This document shows positions 32,107-42,357 of a stretch of DNA of 64,000 nt, in pieces. Position 1 is the first letter of the stretch. Every line of letters starts with the position of its first letter. A program made the position numbers and the translations under genes. The stretch is taken from positions 148,056-212,055 of the forward strand of contig NW_013657660.1 of assembly GCF_000142905.1 (NCBI RefSeq), in the 5' to 3' direction. The notes under the pieces were generated by a model that was not told where the DNA came from, ran no database searches, and was given only the letters and a program-made list of their open reading frames with translations. Origin of the DNA: Thecamonas trahens ATCC 50062 (lineage: Eukaryota; Protista; Apusomonadida).

Positions 32107-33945
32107 TGCCGCCAGCGCTGCCTCCAAATCACGGTCGAGCTCGGTCGTGGGATCTACAACCGCCGGCGCTTCCCTTTCCGCGGCAACGCCTTCCCGCTTG
32201 CGTTTTGCCCCGACACATACTCCACTCGGGCCAGCCTCACTACTCTCTTGTACCCCGCCCGACTCGGCAGCCATCTGCATGCCCTCGGCCACCGTTCTCT
32301 GCATGCCATCCAGCCGATGCTCGACTAGATGCGCGAGCCGGACGACGTCAGCGGGCTCGACGTTGTCTTCGTCGTCTTCGAGAGCAGACGCCAGTTGCTC
32401 CACCTCCTTGGCGAGCGCCTCTTGCGTAAACTCAAATAGCTCCAGCTGCCGCGTCCCGCGTCGACAGTAGAACCCAAACACGTACGACCACTTGAGCGCT
32501 GTTCGCGCCCGGAGATGGGCCTTTGCTGCTCCCGCCAGCTGCTCCGCCATGGTCCGCCGCATCTCGCTACTTCCGCCGCCAGTCGTGCTGCTGCTGCTGC
32601 TGGTGATCATGTTCCCGAGCGACGCTGCAAGCTTCTGCGCAAACTCGCGAGAGACATGATGATTGTTGTACCGGTCGGCGTAGTGAGTGAAGCGCGCCAT
32701 CTCGGCCGCCGCCGTCTTGCGCGTTTGAATCGTCTCGCTTTGTTCTTCCTCAAACTTGCCACAACCGTGCGAGTAGATCAACTCTGGCGTTGGAGACGAG
32801 ATCCCACACAGCCAGCACCAGTGGATCGAGCACTTGGCGCACCCGATGCGGTTGCACCCACCGTTCTTCTCGGTCGCCACCCCGCACTTGGGGCACGCTT
32901 TGGTGTTGACCACGATCCAGTTGTCGTTGGCCGACTCTTCACGCACTTCTGTCAGCCACGTCTTGACCTGCTCGCACGACGCCGGCACATGCGCCTCGTG
33001 GCTACACCGATAGCACCACAGATGTCCGGCGTGGCACTCGACACTCACGGCTGCGTCGTGGAGATCGACTTCAACCGCGCACTCGCATCCCTCAAACGGG
33101 CACCACTTGATGTACGGGTTGCCCGACACATACGACTCGCGCAAGAACCGCTTGTACCGCCCCGCAACGCGTGCTTTGCCAAGCACAAACCTCTCCACCA
33201 CAAAGTCGTCAACGCCAACACTGCACCGCGCGTTCGACACCGCATCCGAGCCCATGCACGCCAGCCCCGCCGCCCGGCCCTCGCGAACCTCCATCTCCAC
33301 GTGTATCCTCCAGCAAGCATAACAGAACCGGTGCCCGCATCGCAGCGTGTGACTCTCGTTCATCGCTACCTCGCAGTAGCAAACGCCGCAGACAACGTCG
33401 CCATCAGCTGGCCCGGTCTCACTACCTGGCCCTGCACCCTGAAGCTCGTCCAACGAGGTCAGGCCAACGCTCGCCGCCACAGCCTCGGGCCTGCTCACCA
33501 GCGCCTCGACCACCCGATCTGTCTCGTATCTGTATCGCTGCAGCACCCGCAGCGCCACCAGTCGCGGCAGCGCAAACACCTGCGTCACCTTCCTCACCTT
33601 GCCCGCCAGTGCCTCGTCCAGCTCCTCGGCTGTCAGCGCCCGCCACTCGACCACCACTGCTGTCTTGCTCCGTCGCGCCGCCCGCCTTTGTCCCCTGCTC
33701 ATCATCACCCTCCGGTCGCCCTCAAGCGCCGCCGATCCTGACCTCGATCCCGACCCCGATCCCGATTGCACCGACGACGACTCGTCCATTTCGATCACCG
33801 ACAGCTCTGAGTAGCTCTCGCTCGCGCTCCCGTCCCCGCTTCCATCCTCGCCCCTGCCCTCGCCACCACCCTCATCCTCTCCCACCACCCCCGCGCCATA
33901 TCCACACCAGCCCATATCATCAGACCCATCCATGCTTGCTGCCAT
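32095..33945 (-). CDS. Ariadne-family RBR E3 ubiquitin ligase
   Basis: Acidic N-terminus, UBA-like region, RING1 (CGVC..CGHRFCYACW), IBR, RING2 (CPKC..EKNGGCN), Ariadne domain (RTALKWSYVFGFY); start uncertain. Confidence 0.9.
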   Translation of the reverse strand: MAASMDGSDDMGWCGYGAGVVGEDEGGGEGRGEDGSGDGSASESYSELSVIEMDESSSVQSGSGSGSRSGSAALEGDRRVMMSRGQRRAARRSKTAVVVEWRALTAEELDEALAGKVRKVTQVFALPRLVALRVLQRYRYETDRVVEALVSRPEAVAASVGLTSLDELQGAGPGSETGPADGDVVCGVCYCEVAMNESHTLRCGHRFCYACWRIHVEMEVREGRAAGLACMGSDAVSNARCSVGVDDFVVERFVLGKARVAGRYKRFLRESYVSGNPYIKWCPFEGCECAVEVDLHDAAVSVECHAGHLWCYRCSHEAHVPASCEQVKTWLTEVREESANDNWIVVNTKACPKCGVATEKNGGCNRIGCAKCSIHWCWLCGISSPTPELIYSHGCGKFEEEQSETIQTRKTAAAEMARFTHYADRYNNHHVSREFAQKLAASLGNMITSSSSSTTGGGSSEMRRTMAEQLAGAAKAHLRARTALKWSYVFGFYCRRGTRQLELFEFTQEALAKEVEQLASALEDDEDNVEPADVVRLAHLVEHRLDGMQRTVAEGMQMAAESGGVQESSEAGPSGVCVGAKRKREGVAAEREAPAVVDPTTELDRDLEAALAASLM

Positions 33946-34064
33946 ATTCGCCCACCCGCACAGCCACCCACACGTGCCCGAGGCACACAGAACACGAGAG
34001 AGCGGTGGAACCGGCCATGGCTGCCACCACCTCACCACACCCACCACACCCACCACACCCACAG

Positions 34065-37000
34065 ATGGACCCGCCCTCCCCATCCCCCGTCCGCCTCTCG
34101 GCTTCATCCCTCGGTGCCTTCTTCTACAACCACTGCGAGTACTTTCTCCTCCGCAGGGGCACAGACCGCGCAGCCCGAGCAAGCTCATCGTCGCCTTCCT
34201 CCGCCACGGCTGGCTCTCATCCTACCGCCACGCCAACTCTCGTGCCGGTACCGGACCTTCCAGATATCGAGTCACTGACTGGTGCCACCTTTGCACGCGG
34301 TGTGCTGTTCGAGGATGGTATCAATGCTTCCATCGCCGCTGCAGGTGTAGGATCGGACGCTGCCGACGCCGTTCCGCTGGAAATGATCGCGGACACAGTC
34401 ATGGCGCTCCTGGCAGCCACGGCGTCAGCCAGCGATCTCGCCCAAAGGCTTGATGACCGTCTGGTGCCCCACCGCGAGCTCGCTGACTCGGTTGATCTCC
34501 GCCCGGGTCACTACATCTACCATCCGCGGTTTACAGGTGTCCCGTTTCAGGTCCCGGGCGTCACGTGGGGCTCATGGGAGCCCGACTTTCTGCTCATCCG
34601 CCCTGCACCGCCCGGTGCACCGCACGATGCGCCTCTGGAAATCGTTATTATCGACGCCAAGTCGTCCAAGCGCCTCAAGCTATCGCACCAGATGCAGGTC
34701 GCGTTCTACGCCCTCGCCCTTGCCCCGCTCCTTGACGACGTCACAGTTCCTGCCGCTGCCCTTCCACCGTGGGCACTTCCGCACAACGCCGGTCCCACTA
34801 TCCCGCTCTCAGCATTGGTCCCTGTGGCGCACGTCGGTGCGGTATGGCGACCGAACGCTCCGCTCGATGTCTTCCGTCTCTCGCTCCTCACAGACCTCCT
34901 CACAGACTTTATCGACACCCGCCTCCCCCGCTTGTCGCCGCTGGCCTCGCATCGGCTGACTACCGGCTCGCCGAGGTGTGCAAGACCTGCGAGTATCAGG
35001 CCGACTGCCGATCGCGCACCCTTGCCGATGACACCATCTCCAAGATCCCGTACCTGTCAGCGTCGGCCCATGCTGCGCTTCGCCACACGCTCGGCGGTTC
35101 GCCGGCCTCTGGCGAGTTCTCCCGCATCATTGCAGACTCCCCTCAGCTCCTTCCCCCGGGCGTGGCCGCCGCCTACGAGTGCGATAAGCCTGTCGTTGTC
35201 CCCGGTGTCCGCTCCCGGCATGTCCCGATCGCCGAGGACCTTGCCCTCGTTGTTACCCTCGCGGTGGATCCGTTTTCATCCGCCGTGTTTGCTTGGTCGT
35301 TCCGACTGCTTGACCACAACCAAGAAGACAAGTCTGCTCAGCTCCCGCTCGCCTGGCACCTTGCCGCGCCGAGCGAGGTCTACGCCGCGCCGCTGGCTGC
35401 TGCCGAGGCTCTGGTCACCGGCCTGACTCAGGCACTCGACGCAGCTGCCGCGGAACGGCCGAATGTTCTCGACGCGCCCCACCGCTCGCTCCACGTCTAT
35501 GTCTGGGGTCGCGATGAGCGCTATGCACTCCTTTCGGCTGTCCTCCGTGTCGCTGCTTCATCGGCGGATCCCGTCGCTGCTGCGGCAGCTGAGCGACTCG
35601 CGCTCACCTTTGTCAACGATGCCAACATCCTCGCCACCTCGGTTCTGCCCGATCGAATCGGCGCCGCTCTAGAGTCGGGCATCTCCAAGCTGCGCAAGCA
35701 CGAGGTGATTGAGCGGCTGGAGCGCTTCGGCGTGCCGCATTCACCCGACGATTCTGCCAAGGACTTGAAGGCCATGCTCAAGCTCGCCGTACAGCGCGGC
35801 CACGACTCGTTCTCCACCGCATCGCGTCTCACCGCTCTCGAGCAAGCTGTCGCCGAGCTCGTTGTACTTCCGGTCCCGGGCTACTACACCCTCTCCGATG
35901 TCCACAGCCGGCTCGTCTCGCCTTCGGCATCGAGCATCGACACTTCTCTTGACGCGATTTATGATGCCTTCCGAGGCCTCGCCGACCCTTCGCCAGAGAT
36001 GCGCAGCGGCGCTCGCGGCTCGGCCGCCATCCGACTTGCCACCAAGCTTGACTCGCTGGCTGCGGTGTTGGACGCGCTGCGTGCTCTTGCGCGTCCTGTC
36101 GGTGCGCTCGTTCTCGAAGCCGAGCCGCTCGATCCGGTCCTTCCACTCCGAGTCAACCACCCGACGATTCGCCGGCTCATCTTTATGAACCAGTTTGAGA
36201 TGATGCAGACTTGGGCTGAGCTCGTCGACGACCGCCTCGCCTTTCCGGGCGCGACAGCAGTGCTCGCTGGGCGGGACGGCGACACGCCGGTGGAATCAAC
36301 GCTGGCAGAGCCGCCATCTCGCGCCCACCCTGGCAAAGTCATCCTTGTCTCGGTTGTCAAGCCGCCGGTTTGGGCCAAAAACTCGGCCTACGAAGTTGAC
36401 TCGTGGACTGGCTGGCAGCTGCGTGTCCACGTCGAGGCCGGCCTTGAGTACGTCGATGCCGACACTCTGCCTGATTTTGGGCCGTGGATGCTGGTGGGCG
36501 GTGACGACGTCATGTCGCCTATCAAGTTCCCCGACGTCCGCTTCCACAGAGCCATGTGGCCGAAAGGCCTTACGCTCCCGATGGCGTTTGCCGGCATTGC
36601 GAGGGTCGACCGCGCGCCTGATGGCGCCAGCGCCAACCTCGACCTCCTCGTGCTTACCTCGTCCAAGGCGCCGCGTGCCGCCAAGGCCAAGTCTTGGTTC
36701 ACGCCCGGTACCCTTTTGGTGCTTCGTGAGCGCGGCCGCGACTTTACTACCCAGCGTGTCGTCTCGCACTTGTTTGCCCTCGACACGCCCGGCTCGGACG
36801 CTGCCTCTACGTCTACCTTTCTCGACCTCATTGCTGATCCGGTGGCGTGGGCAGTGTCGACGACGACAACACCGGTCCTGCCGGGCCTCGCCGATGCTGT
36901 CAAGGCTCGCAACACCGCCATCAATGACCTCATTCGGATCGATGCCATCGACCGCCACGTCAAGCTCGACAACTCACAGGCCGCCATTCTCCGCAGCCTA

Positions 37001-38455
37001 ATCGGCGAGGGGCCAGGTGGGCGGCTACAGCTTGTCTGGGGCCCACCTGGTACTGGCAAGACCCACGCACTGGCGCTGGTCATCCTGCGGCTCATCGAGG
37101 GCGTGGCTATTGCGGGAAACATGGACACCCCGTTCGACGTTCTTCTCACCGGCTTTACCAACGCCGCTATCGACAACCTCCTCGCCCGAGTCGCCAAGCT
37201 GCGGCGGACATTTGCCGGCATTGCTAATCGGAGTGGGCCAGACTGGCCGGCCGCAGTCTTTGTCGGCAAGATCATGTCGCCGTCGACCACGGGCGATGCG
37301 CCGCAAGCATCCGATAGCGGCGGCCTCCCAGAGACACCGCTGCAGCGCGCAGGCGTTCCAGCCGCGCCCTACCGCGAGCTCGCGTCATCGGACGACATGT
37401 CTGCCGCGCGCTTTACCGTCCTCGGCGGAACAGTTTACCAGATCGACAAGCAACTGGCCAACACACGGCCGTTCGATCTCCTAATCGTTGACGAAGGCTC
37501 ACAGCTCCCGGTGGCCGAGACCGCGCTGGCGGTCCAGCGGATGGCGACCGGCGGCCGGCTCATCGTCGCCGGCGACCACATGCAACTTCCGCCAATCATC
37601 CGTCAGGACTACCCACAGGTTCCGGGCATGCCGACGCTGTTCTCGTCGATCCTGCAGTGCCTGCTGCGGACGGCAGAAAACAAGGCGATTCCCATGGGTG
37701 GTGACGTCGGTGACATGGTCCGCCACCTCGTCGGCCAGCCGCACGTCGCGCTGCTCAAGAAGAACTACCGGATGAACTCGCGCCTCTCCGAGTTTACCCG
37801 CGCACTCTATTACGCCGACTACGAGTGCATGCAGAAGAACCAGCGATTGGCGCTCACCGCCGACGAGCTCGACGCCGACCTCGTCGCCCGTGCCCCGCAG
37901 GTAGTCACTGTTGCCGATTCCGAACTCCCCATGGTCGCCGTCCGGCTGGTCCTCGACGATCCCGATGGCTGGATGGGCGCGCCGCGCGAGTCGTTGGTCC
38001 TCGCTGAGGCCCGAGCCATTGCCGACATGTGCCACGGTCTGGAGCAGGCATGGCCGATCGACTCAGAGACGCCGTTTAGCGCCGGCGGTGTGTTTGTCAT
38101 CACTCCGCATCGCTCGCAGAAGTCAATGGTCGATGCCGCGCTGGAGGGAGCGCTCGCCGGCTCGATCGACACTGTCGAGAAGATGCAAGGGCGCGAGGTC
38201 GAGGCCTGTGTCGTTGCCTACGGCTATTTTGACCCGCATCAGGTCGCTCGCGAGGCCGAGTTTATCTATCAGCGCGCGCGGCTCAACGTTGCCGTCACCC
38301 GCGCCCGCAACAAGGTTGTCCTCATCTACACCGATGCCATTCTCCATCCGCTCCCCCAAGTCTACGAGTCACCGCACGCCCGTGCTGCCCTCGAGTACCT
38401 CCGCGGCTTTGTTGCCGGCGCAGTCCAAATCGACTGGCCTGTCAGCCTCGAGTAA
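34065..38455 (+). CDS. PD-(D/E)XK (RecB/Cas4-like, Fe-S) nuclease fused to an SF1B UPF1/DNA2-like helicase; 1-bp frameshift near 34930
   Basis: LSASSL..NHC, EPDFL..IIDAK..QMQVAFY and CKTCEYQADC; GPPGTGKT, IVDEGSQ, GDHMQLPP, NYRM, DTVEKMQGRE and LNVAVTRAR. Confidence 0.85.
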
Positions 38456-38456
38456 A

Positions 38457-40570
38457 CTAACTAGATGCCGAGCCCGGATCCGACTCGGGTCCGGAGACAG
38501 AGCCAGAGCCGGAGACAGAGTCAGACTCGGGCCCGAGCTCAGGCTCCGAGTCGGAGCCGGTCGGCGGCGTGGTGCTTGCGCTCAAGCCGATGCTGCCTAA
38601 CCCGGCATCCGTCGGCAGCTCGGCCGGCTTGTACGGCTTGTCGCCGTCGAGACCGCCCTGGGTCGAGAAGAGGCGCGAGGCAAAGGCGAGGAAGCGGCGC
38701 GAGTAAAGGTCAGGTGCGACGGCGGACATGCCCTCGCGGCCGCCCTTGTCGCGGACGACCTTGAGCGCATGCTCGGCGCGCTTCTTGTTGTCGTACACAG
38801 TGAGGGTATCGACGAGCCCGATGAGATAAACCATGTCACGAGGCGAGCCATTGGCGTTGACGCCACGCATGCCGCCGCAGAACTGCTGCCACTGCGAGCG
38901 GTAGACCGGGGCGAGCGGCGGCGTGCCTGACGTCGACGAGACCGAGGAAGCAGTTGCGGTACGGGTCTCGCGACTTGGCGACAACGGCTCATCGCCGTCG
39001 CTCAGCTGGCAGACAGCGAGCAGCAGCGAGTAGTCCATGATGCGGTGGGTGTTGGAAAGGAGAGCGATGTCGGCGGCGAGCTGGTCCAGGAGCACGGCCT
39101 TGTCGTCGGACGAGACGTAGACCGGATGGTCGAGGTTGAGGTCCTTGAGGACGGTAAGTCCTGTGCCGGGCATGATCTTCTCAGGCTTGACAAAGCGGTC
39201 CTTGGTCGAGCCCTTGAGGTCGTAGGCGACGTCGAGTGGGAGCTGAGTGTACAGCACATTGTTCATGACGAGAACCCGGACGGGCTTAGCCTTGCCGATC
39301 TGAATCTTAAAGAGGCCAAACCACCGCGGAAGCAGTGTCGTCTCGCGGTACTTTGCCACATGTGCGTGGTACTCGCGAAGGAGCTTGAGGCAGACTACCA
39401 GCTCCGACTTGGGCAGCGACTTGATGACAAACGCGCGGTTGCGCGAGGTCCAGAAGAGCGAGCCAGACTTGCCTGCACCGAGCGAGCCCCCAACGAGCGC
39501 AGAGTCGGCCATCGACTCGCGCCACTCGGCCGGCGAAATGCCGTACATTTCCCGGATGGCTGCAAACGCCCGCGGCGCGTACTCGGACGACGTGTACTTG
39601 TGCTCTTTCCCGTGCGGGTCGACGTAGACATGTGCCGACGCGAGCTTGGCCTCAAAGTCGTGCTCGCATACCTCGGTGACGGCCTCGTCGAGTGCAGTCT
39701 CGCCGATGCGGTGGGTGATGAACACGCCGACACCTGGCTCGCCGCTCTTCCTATCCTTGACCTTGCCCTTGGTCTTGCCCTTGGTCTGCTCTTGATCTTG
39801 CCCTTGGTCTTGGCCTGACCTTCGTCGCCGCTTTCAGCCTCACTCTCGCTGCGAGGCTCCGCCACCGAGGCCCAGGCAAGAGCAGGATCCCAGTTTGCGG
39901 CGTCAAAGGCCGGGTTGATGGTGACCGAGACAAACTGCGCGTTAAGCTGCGCCACAAGCGCAGCCGGCACCTCCAGCACCGAGCCATCCGACGGTTCAAG
40001 ATAGCTTTCTGCCGGTTGCGGCATCAGGGCCGACGCCACCGAGCCTGCATGGCTCCGCGGCGGGCGGGCGCTGTCGTCGTCATTGTCGTTGCTCCCGTGG
40101 CCGCCGTCAGCAGACGCTGCGACTTGGCCTTGCTCGCCATCCGACGACCACTCCAGCTCTCCCGAGTCCGAGCCCGAGTCCGGGACCTCAATGTCCGAGA
40201 GCGAGGATCCATCCGAGAGCTCGCGGCCCGGCGTTACAGCAGCGTCCGGGGCGGCAGCAGCATCAGCAACAGCTGCAGGGGGGGGCGGCGCAGCGAGAGC
40301 AGGAGCAACGGTGGGAACAAGCATCGGGGCGAGGTGGCCGTTCCAGCCGAGTTCGTCCTTGACCTTGCGGACAAAGCAGACGGGGCAGTGCAGGGCGCCG
40401 CCGCCGCGGTCAAAGACCGGGCCCGAGGGCCGCGGTGGGAGGGCAAAGTCTGCGCCACAGGCCGAGCATGCCCAGCAAGCGGCGTGCCAGGCAAGCCCAC
40501 CACGGTGGACCTCGCCGGGGCGACCGGTGGGCGGGGTGGCCAGGGCGAACCTGCACCCTGAGCACTGCAT
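38457..40570 (-). CDS. Phosphatidylinositol-phosphate kinase (PIP5K family) with an N-terminal LIM domain; 1-bp frameshift near 39787
   Basis: GKSGSLF, FVIKS, YDLKGS, LKDLN, MDYSLL and GLVDTL; LIM CSGC..WHAACWACSAC..CPVC; the KTKGK repeat continues across the frameshift. Confidence 0.85.
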
Positions 40571-40710
40571 GAGGGGGGTGGGGGTGGGGGTGGGGGTGGG
40601 GTGGGGTGGGGTCGTGGTGGTTGGTGGGCTGGTGGCTGGAGCTGGTGGCTGCAGCTGGCGGCTGGAGCTGGTGGCTGCAGCTGGCTGGTCACTTCATCAA
40701 TTTTGTTCAA

Positions 40711-40778
40711 GACGGACCTACGGCACATCATGGAAGCTCGACAGGACGGACCTACGGCACATCATGGAAGCTCGACAG
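40711..40778. repeat. Perfect 34-bp tandem duplication over the stop codon of the adjacent minus-strand gene
   Basis: GACGGACCTACGGCACATCATGGAAGCTCGACAG x2. Confidence 0.95.
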
Positions 40779-42118
40779 GCTCGCCGGACTTGGCCATCTC
40801 GGCGATGACGTCGTCAAACGAGGCGCCGTACTTTTGGGCAAAGACGAGCTCGACGGCGCCCTGCTCCTCGCGGTGGTTGTCGACAATGTAGGCCTTGCGT
40901 GCGCGGAGGCGGTCGAGGTAGACGCGCATGCGCCTGATCTTCAGGGCGTTGCGAATCTTGTTGGAGGCGTCGAGCGGGTCGACGACCCGCGGCGGCGAGT
41001 GCTCGCGCGAGTGGGCGCCGTCGATGCGGCGCGAAGCCTCCCAGCGGATGCGGGCGTCGAGCGCCGAGCGCGAGGCGAGGGTGCGGATCGACGAGTCGTC
41101 GTCGAGCTCGCAGTCCATGGTCTCCCACGACGACGGCTCGTACACGCCGCGCTCCTCCTCGCGGGCGCGGCGCAGCCTGCGGTCGAGGGCAACCTTGGCT
41201 CTTGTCTTGGGCACAGCGCCCAGCACAAAGACCTTACGCGGTCGCCGAGCAGGCGCCGGGCCGCCGGAGGACCCATCGCGCGGCTCGGCCCCTTCGTCAT
41301 CGACATCGAGCTGCTCCTCGGCAAGCAGCCGGGCGCGGGTGGTAAAGAACCGCCGCCGCCGGCGGCGGCCTTCCACCACGTCGTACTTGGGCAGGACGCC
41401 GGCAGCCGCTGTCCGGAACAGTGTCGTCGAGTCTGCAAAACACGGCGCGTACCGCTCGGCATCGGCGCCCGGCCGTTGCCGCCGCGCTACAAGCTCGGCC
41501 TCGCGCGAGGCAAAGTCGCGGGCGGGCGCTCCGCCCGACGCCGCCCCGCGGTCCGACGCCGTACCCGACACCACCACGCCCACCACGCCCGCCACGCCCG
41601 CTACGCCCGCCACGCCCGGCGTGGGCGAGCCCGGCTCACCGTCGCCGCCACCGCCCACCTCGCCAGGTCCACCCTGACCGGCCTTGGGCGAGCCTGCGCC
41701 CGCTGCCCCGCTGGGCTGGTCGCCCAGCGCCGTCGCCGCTGGGCCGTCCGCCGCCCCCACTGTGGCGTATATGGGATCATCAAACTTTGGCTCGACCTCC
41801 TCGCCACCATTCCCCTTGGCTATCTCCCCACCAATGCCATCCCCTCTCCCCGTGAGCCTCTTCCTCGCTCAACCCCCCCTCCCCCCCCTCCCCCCCTCCT
41901 TCTCTTCACCGCCTCCACCTGCTGTCTGCCCCGTCACCGGCAAAAAATGGCCCGCCCGCCCCGCCTGACCACCCCCACCCGACCACCCACCCGACCGCCA
42001 CGGCCACGGTGCGAGGCGCAAGGAGGCGAGTCTTCCCAGCGGCAGAGACCGGCCACAGGCACTACTGCCTACCACTTGCCACTGTTTCCACACTCTACGT
42101 ACAGCAGCAACCACCCAT
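40762..42118 (-). CDS. Putative N-myristoylated/palmitoylated protein (MGGCCSK...); exons 42118-42103 and 41819-40762
   Basis: ATG GGT GGT TGC TGC T|GTACGT..GATAG|CC AAG splices in frame into ORF 40762..41760. Confidence 0.7.
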
Positions 42119-42357
42119 GCTCCACCGTGCGCCCGTCCAGTTGACCGGAGCTCGTGCGGCGTTCGCTGTCCAGGGTGCCTGTTTGGCGGTGAGTGGCCAA
42201 TGTTGGGGGTAAAGTGGTGCCCCCAACCGCTGGCTGGCCTGCCACCGGCGTGTCAGCTCACCTGCCTGATGGCCGCTCCGCCCAACACGCACATACGCAA
42301 CACGCTCACTCTCTCACACACTCTCTCTTTTTCTTTCTTAGTCGATCTGGTCGTTTG

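Noticed and set aside
33171-34016. N-terminal part of ORF 33171..35426
   Set aside because: It is the antisense shadow of the Ariadne gene; nuclease motifs start only after 34065
34065-35030. Cas4 of a CRISPR-Cas system or casposon
   Set aside because: No cas1/cas2, array or terminal repeats; the domain is fused to an SF1B helicase
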